Assembly (NCBI GenBank): GCA_001661245.1
Contig: KV454011.1
Location: 348,108-412,107 of the forward strand
DNA length: 64,000 nucleotides
Reading direction: 5' to 3'
DNA from: Pachysolen tannophilus NRRL Y-2460
Lineage: Eukaryota
Part shown: piece by piece, positions 21,991-32,886 of the stretch
How the letters are laid out: each line of letters opens with the position of its first letter
Position numbering within the stretch: the stretch's first letter is position 1
Translations under genes and position numbers: made by a program
The notes under the pieces: model-generated
Told to the model about the DNA's origin: nothing
What the model saw: the letters and a program-made list of their open reading frames with translations, nothing else
The model's database searches: none

Positions 21991-24300
21991 TTACAAATCG
22001 ATCAACGGAGCTTCCTCTTTTTTAGTCTCTTCTATTGAGGCAACAGAATTATTTTCTTGGTGAGATTGTTGGTCATATTGGTTCAAAGTATGAGTTGGTG
22101 CCAGAGGAAAAGTAAATTTTTGTTCACGAGGTCCTGAGGGAGAAACTGGCGGGTAAGATGGTTGCTGTGGATGTAGCGACTGCTGTGGCTCAAGTTGTAA
22201 ATGTTGCTGTTCAGGTAAATTATAGTCCGGTTCACTTGGCATCAATGGATACGAACCTTGGAACTGATGTTGCACCGGAGAGTTATAACTTGTCTTCGGA
22301 GATGAATAGCTTGAAAGTGGCTCGATTGAGTTACCTTTGTTAATTGGTACTGCTGCTGGAATTTCTAGTTGCTGCTGTGACATTGGTGGTTCTTGAACGG
22401 AATGAGAAATTGTAGGCCGTGGTGAATACATCAGAGGCAGCTGTTGCTGCAAAGGCAGCGACAACTCTTCCGAGTTGGGAGGATAAGAAGAAACTTGATT
22501 GAACTGCGGCAGAAATTCTGGTTGTTCCTGATAAGGTGACGAAATTTGGTTTTGCTGCTGTTGCTCTTGCTGTTGCTGCTGTTGCCTTTGTTGAGGTAGT
22601 GGTTCTGAAACTTGGTAGGGGGAAGACTGCTCTAGATACTCTACTGGATGCTGAACTTGTGAAATTTGATCTTGAAATGAAGTTTGAAGTTGCCCATTTT
22701 GTTGTGAGTTTATGGAATTGTACTGTTGTCGTGGTGGTAATCGCGTTTCAGAATCATAACTAGGGTAATAACTTCTTTCATCACCGTATGGCAGTTGCTG
22801 GGGCTGTAATTGCTGCTGCTGCTCCTGATCTTGTTGTTGATATCCAAAGTTATTAGAATAACCTTTATCAGATACTGTATGCTTTTCATAAATATGAGCT
22901 AATCTCAGTTCTAGTAAGCTATCATATAATCTCATAATAGTACCAATTTTGGAATGCATATCTACAAATTTGTCATTTTTTGTAATGGAATCGGCCAATG
23001 CTTTATTCAACTTCGGCCTCAAGGTTGTTAAATTGTTATGCAAAGTCTGCAATTGTTGATCCTGATAAATGGTTCCTGGTGGTTGTGTCTTGATACGATC
23101 TACCAAATTTGAAAAAAGATGGATATTTTCTTCTTCTGCAATATTTAACCCTGGTAAATCCATCATTTGCAGAGGTAACTTGGTGGAAGAAGGATTAGAA
23201 AATGAAGCACTTGGTGCCTGACCAACAAAGACATTACTGGGATGTCTGCTACTATTGACATTATTATTATTATTATCATTACTTGTCTTGGGGAAGAAAT
23301 TAGCATAAGGACTATCTTCTTCATCATGAACCACTTTCGGTGCATCTTGTGGAGCTTGAAAATCTTTTAAACTAGCCTCTATTGCTCTTTTCATTTCTTC
23401 ATCTTCTTCACCTTCAGCGTTGGAACTTCTCATTGGCAACAGAGCACTCGTGGGAGCGGAAGGTGTGTATTTAGCACTTTCTTTCAAAGATAATTCAATG
23501 GCTTTTTTCAAATCATCATCCATTTCTTCATCATTCTTATTAAAACTTGTAGTATTTGTATTATGGGAATGTTTTGAACTATGATGTTTACGCTTATCTT
23601 TCTTTGACTTGTGTTGATCATAACAATTATCACAAACTCTCACTGGTATTGTTATACCTAATTCTGGTAAAGTACAACTTTTTGAAGAATGTTGTCCACA
23701 AAAAACCCCGCCACATGATCTACAATGATGTTTCCTATTTATCAAAGTGAACAAATTGGAACAAATCATACAAGCATCAGAATCCAACCATTCAGGTGCA
23801 ACTTTTGACTCTATAAAATTTTCATTGAACTCTGCATTGTAAACTGATGGAAATTTAAAACCTTCTCTTGATAAACTTTCATAAATTGTAGTAACATATA
23901 TTAATTTTTGATTCTTACTAAATAACAATGACCAATTTTGAATAAACTCTAATATTATATTCTTAACTTCATCATTTAAATTTTTATTATGAAGCATTAA
24001 TACAATTGAATCCAAAAACTCTTTTGATGATATTTCAACAACAAAGTGTTCGCCACCATTTTTAATACAAAAATCAATTAATTTCAAACAAGATTTTTGA
24101 ACATTTGGATTCTTTGTATTTAAAAGTCTTTTCTTCAAAGATCTCATTGCATCTCTTGGTAGCACTTGCTTCGATCTAATCAAGTCACTAATCTCTAAAC
24201 ATTTCAGTAAATCTACTTCACCATTCGGAATCGACTCTGATGTGGCCTCTACTACATTCTCATCTATCTGAATAGATGAAGATGAATTAAACCATGACAT
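21991..24300 (-). CDS. VPS27: ESCRT-0 subunit Vps27
   Basis: VHS domain, FYVE (RKHHCRSCG...RVCDNC), two UIMs (LKKAIELSL, MKRAIEASL), PSAP, C-terminal clathrin box LIDL. Confidence 0.97.
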   Translation of the reverse strand: MSWFNSSSSIQIDENVVEATSESIPNGEVDLLKCLEISDLIRSKQVLPRDAMRSLKKRLLNTKNPNVQKSCLKLIDFCIKNGGEHFVVEISSKEFLDSIVLMLHNKNLNDEVKNIILEFIQNWSLLFSKNQKLIYVTTIYESLSREGFKFPSVYNAEFNENFIESKVAPEWLDSDACMICSNLFTLINRKHHCRSCGGVFCGQHSSKSCTLPELGITIPVRVCDNCYDQHKSKKDKRKHHSSKHSHNTNTTSFNKNDEEMDDDLKKAIELSLKESAKYTPSAPTSALLPMRSSNAEGEEDEEMKRAIEASLKDFQAPQDAPKVVHDEEDSPYANFFPKTSNDNNNNNVNSSRHPSNVFVGQAPSASFSNPSSTKLPLQMMDLPGLNIAEEENIHLFSNLVDRIKTQPPGTIYQDQQLQTLHNNLTTLRPKLNKALADSITKNDKFVDMHSKIGTIMRLYDSLLELRLAHIYEKHTVSDKGYSNNFGYQQQDQEQQQQLQPQQLPYGDERSYYPSYDSETRLPPRQQYNSINSQQNGQLQTSFQDQISQVQHPVEYLEQSSPYQVSEPLPQQRQQQQQQEQQQQNQISSPYQEQPEFLPQFNQVSSYPPNSEELSLPLQQQLPLMYSPRPTISHSVQEPPMSQQQLEIPAAVPINKGNSIEPLSSYSSPKTSYNSPVQHQFQGSYPLMPSEPDYNLPEQQHLQLEPQQSLHPQQPSYPPVSPSGPREQKFTFPLAPTHTLNQYDQQSHQENNSVASIEETKKEEAPLIDL

Positions 24301-24598
24301 ATTCTTTATGGGAAACTATTAAAGAGCTATTAATCGATTAAGCTCTATATCGAATCCTAATACTTAGAACTGTACTTTATAATTTTGATATATTAATTCT
24401 AGTAAAATAAAATAATATCAATAAACTAAAAATTTCTTTAGCACTTTAATTTTTATATTTTTTATTTTTTTAATCATCATATTAATATTTTTTATACTAT
24501 ACATTATAATAGATACATGATAAAAATTCTATTTACAAACAAACAAACAAACAAACAATTTCTCTTTGAGTATAGATCATAATAGACGAGGATATAGG

Positions 24599-25750
24599 CT
24601 AATTTGCTTGTTCAATGTTTTCTTGGGTATTTTTTTGAATCCAATTTTTGGTACTAGGAAATAATGTTTTGACTTTTAAAATTATTTCTTCATCATTATC
24701 TGCGTTATTACATAATTTTTTTAAATCTTCTTTATCATTTAAGATTAATGAAAAAGTTTCTTTTTCAAATTTATTGATTAATTCTTGATTATTGATAAAT
24801 TTTTGGAAATCTGAATCATTTTTCATTAAAATTTCTTTAATTGGAACTTGTATTGATTCTGGTTGATAATACCTAAAATCATATTTTTGTAAATAATAAA
24901 CTAGATAATGTTTTTTAATTATTTGAAGATTTTGTTTTAAAATCTCTAAAAATTTTTTAAAATGTTTAAGACCTCTTATTGATATTTTAAATTCATCACA
25001 ATTATGTAATGAAACCAGAGTAAATTCTTCATTATCAATAGTCTTTATTGGCATATTATTTTTTTTCAAAAATTCTTTTGTAGTAGTTTTATTTGTTAAT
25101 TTTAAAATATTCTTTGTGAATCTTTTAGGTAAAAGAAATTCACATTTAAATCTTGGATTTTCATTTGTCAAGTCTTGATATATAGTTGACATTATATTAT
25201 AAATAGAATCAATTTTACCATAAATTGTTAAAACTCTAAAATTCACTAAAGGTTTCCCTTGAGGGAAATCTAATTGACAATTAACATATTTAGATTGAAA
25301 TTTTGATAAATTTTCCTCTACATATGAAGAAAACTGAATAGGTATAATACACCTCAAAGATATTTCTCCAGGAACTAAATTCACAGTATGTTTTGTCAAA
25401 TTATTAAATGGGAAAATTAAGTATTTATTTGGTAAAAGATCAGGAACTAATAATGTAATTTCATTTTTTTCAGAAATTTGATCATCATTAAGTCTTGGAA
25501 CAAAATTTTCCCTTTTCTTAAACACACTATCAACCTCTCCTCCACTAATCGAATTACCTTTTAACTGTTTATCTTCATTCAATTTTATTTCAACACCTTG
25601 AAAATCATTTGCTTGAAACCTTGATGATGAAAATTCTTTAGTACAATTCAAAACTACCTTAAAACTAGAAACATGAAATCTAGAAACATTTGAAGCAAAA
25701 ATTCTTTTACTAACTGAAACTGAAAAGATTCCACTTGCTTGCCTTAACAT
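24599..25750 (-). CDS. Uncharacterised protein with probable mitochondrial presequence and degenerate KH-like repeats
   Basis: 383-aa ORF with an Arg/Ser-rich, acid-poor N-terminus; LRCIIP...RVLTIYGKIDSI resembles KH strands and helix without GxxG. Confidence 0.55.
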   Translation of the reverse strand: MLRQASGIFSVSVSKRIFASNVSRFHVSSFKVVLNCTKEFSSSRFQANDFQGVEIKLNEDKQLKGNSISGGEVDSVFKKRENFVPRLNDDQISEKNEITLLVPDLLPNKYLIFPFNNLTKHTVNLVPGEISLRCIIPIQFSSYVEENLSKFQSKYVNCQLDFPQGKPLVNFRVLTIYGKIDSIYNIMSTIYQDLTNENPRFKCEFLLPKRFTKNILKLTNKTTTKEFLKKNNMPIKTIDNEEFTLVSLHNCDEFKISIRGLKHFKKFLEILKQNLQIIKKHYLVYYLQKYDFRYYQPESIQVPIKEILMKNDSDFQKFINNQELINKFEKETFSLILNDKEDLKKLCNNADNDEEIILKVKTLFPSTKNWIQKNTQENIEQAN

Positions 25751-26084
25751 CTTTTAAAATCTCAATTGGAAACTATAATGCTATTTATAAAAAACAACTA
25801 AACAACTAATAGTCAACTCTTCTCTTGATCTAGCAAAAAGAAAAGAAAAGGGAAAAAAATTTTACATACATTTAATTACATTAGATTGAAATAGCTTTAA
25901 AAAAATTCTATTAAAACCATAAAAAGACAAATTACTTTATTAGGAAATCTTATTGTTTTTTTTTCAGCTACAATTAGAACAACAACAAGACAACTACAAT
26001 AAGACGACTAGAGTAATTTGGCATATTTGATAGAAAAAAGTATATATTTAGTTAAAAAAATAAAATTAAATAAAATTCAAGTAA

Positions 26085-27062
26085 TCAATTCATCAAGAAA
26101 GATTCAAGTTTTTCATTGTATCTTAAACCTTTAACGGTGAAACTGTCAAGAAACTTATTGATTTTTTCAAATTCTTCATCTGAAAGTTCAACATGTTTTA
26201 AATTCTCAAGGACTCTAGATGGCTTAGAGGTACCTGGAATTGGAATAATACCAGGGAATTTTTCAATCCAAGCTAAGGCCAATTGACTTAAAGAAATTTT
26301 CTTTGCAGCAGCAATTGGTTCTAAGAAATGAACAATTTTTAAATTGTTATTAAAAGCTTCTTCATCAACAAATCTATCCAAATGAACAATTTTTCTAATG
26401 TCTGTTTCTGGGATATCATTAAGATTTTTGAGAGAACCTGTCAAGAAACCTTTACCCAATGGAGAGTAAGCAAGAATTGGAATACCTAAAGAATAACAAG
26501 TTTTATAAACATCTGTTTGAATGATTTCTCTTGCCCAAAGTGAAAATTCCAATTCAACAGCAGATAATGGATGAACTTTATGAGCTCTCTTAATAGTTTC
26601 AGCTTTTGATTCAGAAAGAGCAATACCACCAACTTTACCCAGATCAATAAATTCTTTAATATAAGAAATAGTTTCTTCAATTGGAACGTTAACATCAATT
26701 CTAGCACATTCAAAAATATCAATAAAATCAATATATTTTAAAATATTATTGATTGAAGCTGAAATAGCTTCTTTTGAACTATCTGGTTGCATAGTCTTAA
26801 TATTAAAAGCACCTTTAATACAAAGTTTAACTTTTTGCCTCAATTCCGGATACTTGGCGAAAAAATCTTGTAACAAAATCAAATTCAGCTCAATTGGATC
26901 AATACCATAGAATTCACCACTATCAATCAAATCAACACCATTATTAACAGCAGTCAATAAAGTTTCGAAACTTTGTTCTCTTGGTGGTGGAGCACCAGTC
27001 CAAGTCAAACCCAAAGCACCAAAACCAACCTTGGAATTAAACTTAACAACACCTGAAGTCAT
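26085..27062 (-). CDS. Aldo-keto reductase, pyridoxal reductase-like (Ypr127w/Plr1 type)
   Basis: GFGALGLTW, DSGEFYG, IFECAR, ALSE, AYSPLGKGFLTG, IPIPGT. Confidence 0.9.
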   Translation of the reverse strand: MTSGVVKFNSKVGFGALGLTWTGAPPPREQSFETLLTAVNNGVDLIDSGEFYGIDPIELNLILLQDFFAKYPELRQKVKLCIKGAFNIKTMQPDSSKEAISASINNILKYIDFIDIFECARIDVNVPIEETISYIKEFIDLGKVGGIALSESKAETIKRAHKVHPLSAVELEFSLWAREIIQTDVYKTCYSLGIPILAYSPLGKGFLTGSLKNLNDIPETDIRKIVHLDRFVDEEAFNNNLKIVHFLEPIAAAKKISLSQLALAWIEKFPGIIPIPGTSKPSRVLENLKHVELSDEEFEKINKFLDSFTVKGLRYNEKLESFLMN

Positions 27063-27430
27063 CTTTGTAGGTCAAAAAAGAATATATTAAAAAAAAAAGA
27101 AACTTTTCAAAAATAATCAATTGTTATTATAATTGCTAATTATTTTAACAACTTTAAATGTAGAACCAACCAAGACCGATTAAAACAATAGAGATACGGA
27201 TCCATATTTATAATGTTGTAAACCTGATTCTTGTATTCCCTTATCTCCAAAAAATCAACTCTTAAACTCTTGAACTTTTCAACTTTTCAACTTTTCTTTT
27301 ATTTACCAATGCTTTTTTATTTCCCCAAACGTACTTTACTAGTACTTTTTCAAGTACTAAAAAAAAAATTAAATGCGCTACTTGCGATGGAATCCGTATG
27401 CTCACCATGTAATCACCGCATAACGCTCAT

Positions 27431-27898
27431 TTAAGCTTATTTAAATCTTCTTGTTAGTATGCGCATTTAAGGGAATCAAGGAATAAACGGATTTAAACAA
27501 GAAAAACTATAAACAAAACCCCAAATCGGGTAGTTCTTGCTTAATGCGTCTAGTCCGGAACCAAGTTGCCTAAAGCGGGAATTGTACTTACTATCTAGGA
27601 AATCAGCAGCAACCAATAGTTCTAAGGCCATCTCTGTAGGTATATCAAACTCTGGAATATTGGTCAACTCATCTCTATATTTTAAATTATAATAAAGATA
27701 TTCTATGATCTTGGATAATAGAATAGCATCTAGCTCGTATAGTTTGACTGTGTTGGTTTCACTTTCTTTAAAAGAAGTGTTCAAAATGTTTTTCAAAGTA
27801 CCGCTGATTAAACATGCTTCTCTTTTAACAATAAATTGGTATCCATCTGATGAAATCAACTTGACATATTTTGAATCTTCTTGATCTAGATGTGACAT
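27431..27898 (-). CDS. ELC1: Elongin C; exon 1 27898-27592, intron 27591-27436, micro-exon 27435-27431 (ends ...ADFLDT*)
   Basis: YVKLISSDG, SGTLK, IPEFDIPTEMALELLVAADFLD; then GTAAGT donor, TACTAAC at 27459-27453, AAG acceptor. The 3' splice site choice is inferred. Confidence 0.88.
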
Positions 27899-28153
27899 CT
27901 CCTACTTTTGTATATCAATTTTTAATCCTATTAATAGATTATATTCAATGATTCTTTTGTTTCTGATTCTTTTGTTTGTTTTTATTATATAACAAACACT
28001 AAAATAAATTGCAAACAAAAACAAAAAAAACAAAAATTATTAAAGAAAAAATTAAAAAATTAAAAATTACAATAGAATAAAGTTGATTGATATATTTCTT
28101 CTGAATTTTGTTTTTTTTTCTGTTTAACCGCTGTTACCTCTGATCATTGCAAA

Positions 28154-30769
28154 ATGGCATCCAACCCAAGTCTAGGATGGGAAAGGCTACAGGATGTTTA
28201 TTATAGATTGAGGGAATGTTATGATTTGAAATGGGAGAAACAGATATCTTTGAATTTAGTGAGTTTATCTTCATTGGCTTCATTTATTGCTTGTTTCCCC
28301 AAATCTACTTTCCACAATGACAATTTAATGAGATCAATTGAAATTTTTTCAGGTGCAGGTAACTTGATAACTTCAATTCCATGGCTACGTTCTAATGGGA
28401 AGATTGTTGCTCTTGGTTGGTCTTTTTTAAATGAAGATGAAACTTTAATTTTAATCTTAGAAAATGGTATAATAAGACAATATTATAATTTTGAAAATGA
28501 TTTTAATGAAATTAATTTAGCTTTATCTGAAAATGAAATGATTAGAGAGGTGAAATTTTTCATCAATGGATGTGTTTTGAAATTGAATAATGATAAATTT
28601 ATTTCAGTTTCAAATTATTCCAAACCTGTTATAAGGATGCTTAATTTTGATAACGATGAAAATGATAAAATAATTACTACATGGACAGTTTTACCACCTA
28701 ATGTAAATAATAATTTACAAGTAATATTATCATATAATAATACTATAAATTCAATTTCAGTTCATGAAACAATAAAAAATTTATATCTGGAAGAAGGGAA
28801 ATTTGAATTTATATCATTTTCTCCTAATCGTGATTTTGTTGCCATATATACCACTACAAAAAGCTGTTTAACTATATTGACATCAGATTTTAAACATAAG
28901 CTAACAGAATTTCAATCTGATAATACTAATAGACCAACAGATGTGAAATGGTGTTCAAATGATGTTGTGGTAGTTGCTTATAAAGATGAATTGAAATTAA
29001 TAGGTCCTTCACCAACGGAATCTTTAAATTTTTATTATAACAATTCCGAATTGATCTTATTAACAGAGTTGGATGGCTTAAAGATATTATCTAACAATAA
29101 ATTGGAATTTTTATCCAGGATAAACGATATAACGGTAGATACTTTTAGGTTTGGATCTACTTCTCCAAGTGCAATCTTATTAGATTCTGTGGATCAACTT
29201 GATAGGCATTCTCCAAAAGTTGATGAAAATTTAAAAATTATTGAAAATAGTTTAATTGAAGCTATAGATCACTGTATAGTGGCAGCTTCAGAAGAATTTG
29301 ATCCATATTGGCAAAAAAAATTGTTAAGACTGGCAAGTTTTGGTAAATTAAACCTTCAGTTATATAACCCAGAAGAATTTGTGGAAATGTGTAATAATTT
29401 AAAAATTTTAAATAATGTTAGAAGTAATGAAGTTGGTTTATTTCTTACTTACCAAGAATATTTGTCATTGGGTTTCGAAAATTTGATCAAAAGATTATTG
29501 AAATTAAATTTTTACTATTTAAGTAAACAAATTTCTAAATTTAACAATTTTCCATTAAATTTAATATATATTGATTGGGCATGTAAAAAAATCAAAATTT
29601 TGAAAAATTCAAAAGATGAAGAATTATTTGAAGTAATTATCAATAATTTAAAGAAAAATTTAAACTTGCTGGAAGTTTCATTTCAAGAAATAGCCAAGGT
29701 AGCATACGAGCAAGGTAGATTAAAATTATCTATATTGCTATTAAATTATGAACCAATTCCAGAAAGACAAATTCCTTTATTATTAGAATTTGAACAGGAT
29801 GATATAGCACTATTAAAACTGGACGAAAGCGGAAATAGCGATTTGATATATTACGTTCTTATTACCTTGAAAAATAAATTATCATTAGCGCAGTTTTTCA
29901 AAACATTGAATAATAAGTCAATATCAATTGGTATTTTTAAGGAAAAGTTTTACATGAATAATGATAAATTACTAGAAAATTTTTATTATCAGGATGATAA
30001 TTTATTAGAGATTTCAAATTTGGAGTTAAAAGAGTATTATGAAAATTATAAAAGCAGTTCACCTGGAGACGGTATTGAAGACATCATACAAAAAATACAA
30101 ACTGAGAGAAAGACTTTTGTGAAAACTTTAAATATATATGATAAATTACTTTCATCATCGAAACTGACGTTAAAAAGTTATTATTCTGAAGATATTAGAT
30201 TAATAGAACTGCATTTAAGTCTATTGAACTTGCAAGAAAGTTTAACTAAAGAATACGAAATGGATTTCTATACAGATTGTAAAACATTGGATTCCTTATT
30301 GGTTAAATTGATTTCAATAAATCAAATTAGTAAAATTTTTAAAATTATCAAGACTTTTAAGATCAATGAGAAAAAATTGTATTATTTAATCTTGAAAAGT
30401 TTGATAAAGCAACACAAGTTTGACAAATTATTGGAATTGGTTAAAACTGAGTCCAGTGGAAGTAGCACTAACAATTCGAATCAATTTTTCAGGAAAAGAA
30501 GCTTGATCGATTTCAAGTTCATCATTAATGAGTTAATCAAGCTCAAAAATTTCAAAGAGGCGGACTTATATATAAATATGTCAAATCTTACATATCATGA
30601 GAAGGTCAGGTATTATTTGAGCACAAAAAATTTGAAGAAAGCCGCTGAAGAAGCATTTAACCAGAAAGATGTTAAGATATTAAATGTAATATACGATAAT
30701 GGAAACAGCAGTGTACAAAGAATGGTTAACGATTGTTTACAGAAATTAGGTCAGGCTACTAGAACATAG
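28154..30769 (+). CDS. VPS16: HOPS/CORVET subunit Vps16
   Basis: NPSLGWERL, WCSND.V, LLR(A)ASFGK, IYIDWAC, QIPLLL. Confidence 0.95.
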   Translation: MASNPSLGWERLQDVYYRLRECYDLKWEKQISLNLVSLSSLASFIACFPKSTFHNDNLMRSIEIFSGAGNLITSIPWLRSNGKIVALGWSFLNEDETLILILENGIIRQYYNFENDFNEINLALSENEMIREVKFFINGCVLKLNNDKFISVSNYSKPVIRMLNFDNDENDKIITTWTVLPPNVNNNLQVILSYNNTINSISVHETIKNLYLEEGKFEFISFSPNRDFVAIYTTTKSCLTILTSDFKHKLTEFQSDNTNRPTDVKWCSNDVVVVAYKDELKLIGPSPTESLNFYYNNSELILLTELDGLKILSNNKLEFLSRINDITVDTFRFGSTSPSAILLDSVDQLDRHSPKVDENLKIIENSLIEAIDHCIVAASEEFDPYWQKKLLRLASFGKLNLQLYNPEEFVEMCNNLKILNNVRSNEVGLFLTYQEYLSLGFENLIKRLLKLNFYYLSKQISKFNNFPLNLIYIDWACKKIKILKNSKDEELFEVIINNLKKNLNLLEVSFQEIAKVAYEQGRLKLSILLLNYEPIPERQIPLLLEFEQDDIALLKLDESGNSDLIYYVLITLKNKLSLAQFFKTLNNKSISIGIFKEKFYMNNDKLLENFYYQDDNLLEISNLELKEYYENYKSSSPGDGIEDIIQKIQTERKTFVKTLNIYDKLLSSSKLTLKSYYSEDIRLIELHLSLLNLQESLTKEYEMDFYTDCKTLDSLLVKLISINQISKIFKIIKTFKINEKKLYYLILKSLIKQHKFDKLLELVKTESSGSSTNNSNQFFRKRSLIDFKFIINELIKLKNFKEADLYINMSNLTYHEKVRYYLSTKNLKKAAEEAFNQKDVKILNVIYDNGNSSVQRMVNDCLQKLGQATRT

Positions 30770-30873
30770 ACATACAAAAATATTTATTATTAGAATAGAC
30801 TTTATTAGTATATATATATATATATATATTTAGATTTAAAAAGTAGTACTTAGCATTTTTTTAGTTTTGTAAT

Positions 30874-32271
30874 TTAATCAATTATGTAATTTTCAATTTC
30901 AAACCCTAAATCCCTAGAAAATTTTTTAATCAATAACCAATTACAATTAATTTTAAACTTCAACCTACTATTTAGCAAACTTTCATTTGAACTTGAACCA
31001 CTTGACAGTTTACTATTGGCCTTTACTATCAACCTTAATGAAACTAATGTTGAAAATTCTGTATATAGGTCAATATTTGATAGTAAATTATTAGTGGACA
31101 TACCTGTATTTAAACCTGTATTCCCATTATGGTAAAGTATAATATCATTTTCACCATGGTTCAGTTGTTTCTTATCAAAGTATTCACTATCTTGATAAAT
31201 TGAATTTAAAATAGCCAACATTCGTTCAAATTCAAATGCTTTTGGAGAAAGCATTTTAGAATTTAAAGCTCCAGAGCTTTGTCTTCTTCTTATTGACCTT
31301 TTCCTTATGCTTCTTAACTTACTGAATATCAAAAAATCATTCTTTATGTCATTATATGAAGCCAAATAAGATGCAATTAACAAGAATTTCGAAAGGATTG
31401 ATAATTGTTGCTGATCAGATTTAAGAATTATATTGGTATCACTTACAATTGATTCCTTTAGTGATTGATCTATGGATAAAGACTTGGAAAATTCTTTATA
31501 AGCTTTAACAAAATCCGTTTTAATAGAATAATTATTTTCAATTATTACTTTGGTAAATATAATCCAATTTTCAATAATTTTATCAATGAAAAAATTCAAA
31601 TTACTTGAATAAGGTGAATAAATATCAACTATTAACTTGATGAAATTACTTGTGAATATAATTTTATCATCTGTAGTGACTTTTCCAGAACATACCAGTG
31701 ATGGAAATTGAATCAAGTCTTTCTTCAATAATATTACCACTATCTGTTCAGTTGAATAATTGGGAAAATAAATTTTAGGAATTGAAATGGTTAATAGTTT
31801 TTTCGGTATTGTTATTGTTGAAGATAAAAACCAAAACTTAAGTTGCACAGAAGAAATTTCATGGAAAAATTTAAACAAATTTTCACTCAAATTTAAATTT
31901 TCTAAATTTTTTAATACTATTATAATAGGTTTCTTAAGATTAATTTGATTCAATTGACTTAAAAAATTTTGAAAATTTGTGAAAGATCGTACCCTATCAA
32001 CTTTTTTCAATTTGAAAGTTTCCACACTTAGCAAGTTATAAACCTTGGCTAAAAGCAAATTGACATCAACAATAATTGAACAATCAATCATCAAATATTT
32101 CAATTTGGTATGATTCAAGTACTTGGTTAAAGTATATGTCTTCCCAATAGATCTGTCACCATAGATCAAAGTCGATTTATTGGTACTTAGCGAGTTCAAC
32201 AACAACAACTGCTCTAGCCTATATGGAACTTCTTTATCTGACAACGCCTTTACCTGCTCATATGACAACAT
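30874..32271 (-). CDS. ORC5: Origin recognition complex subunit 5
   Basis: VPYR..Q, Walker A GDRSIGKT, FPNYS, SKFLLIASYLASYN, PKAFEFERMLAI. Likely ATG at 32271. Confidence 0.92.
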   Translation of the reverse strand: MLSYEQVKALSDKEVPYRLEQLLLLNSLSTNKSTLIYGDRSIGKTYTLTKYLNHTKLKYLMIDCSIIVDVNLLLAKVYNLLSVETFKLKKVDRVRSFTNFQNFLSQLNQINLKKPIIIVLKNLENLNLSENLFKFFHEISSVQLKFWFLSSTITIPKKLLTISIPKIYFPNYSTEQIVVILLKKDLIQFPSLVCSGKVTTDDKIIFTSNFIKLIVDIYSPYSSNLNFFIDKIIENWIIFTKVIIENNYSIKTDFVKAYKEFSKSLSIDQSLKESIVSDTNIILKSDQQQLSILSKFLLIASYLASYNDIKNDFLIFSKLRSIRKRSIRRRQSSGALNSKMLSPKAFEFERMLAILNSIYQDSEYFDKKQLNHGENDIILYHNGNTGLNTGMSTNNLLSNIDLYTEFSTLVSLRLIVKANSKLSSGSSSNESLLNSRLKFKINCNWLLIKKFSRDLGFEIENYIID

Positions 32272-32309
32272 TTCAAAAACGAAAAAAAAAACAACTTTTG
32301 AATTGAACA

Positions 32310-32341
<32 letters not shown>

Positions 32342-32342
32342 T

Positions 32343-32379
32343 ACGCGATGATTATGATTAATATATACGAGGTACGCGT
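32343..32379. promoter_or_regulatory. MCB-like elements (ACGCGA, ACGCGT) upstream of ORC5
   Basis: ACGCGT at 32374-32379 and ACGCGA at 32343-32348 in very AT-rich DNA upstream of a replication gene. Confidence 0.55.
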
Positions 32380-32886
32380 ATTCACTGCCCAAAGTGCGCA
32401 TTTAAATGCGTAATGTTTAATACGCTTTTATAACGCTCTATAGTTTTGCACTTGCGCAAATCATGTGACTTCCATTTTGGTAATTTTTGGGATTTGACTA
32501 ACTACTTTTTATAGCGTCTTTTTTTTCATTCCGTCTCACGCGATGTATTCACCAGATTAGTATTAAAGCAAGTGATCGCATCACAATGAATTTTTAGCCA
32601 TAAATATAGATTATCACTGTATCAATATATATGTCTTGAATTTATGAATAAAGTTAAGCTAATCAGTTATACAAACTACGATTTTTATATAAAAAAAAAA
32701 TCAGTTGTGCGTTAAAGCCGAAGGAAGGCTTTATCATGTATCTAACTGTGCAATTTGATGTTATACATATTTTTTTTTTTTTCCAAATATATCCGAAATA
32801 GTTATAAATTTTCAGAAATTACTCGCATAGAATATTTAATACAACCAACTAACTATATCTAAGATATAATTGGAATCAAGAGAGTT

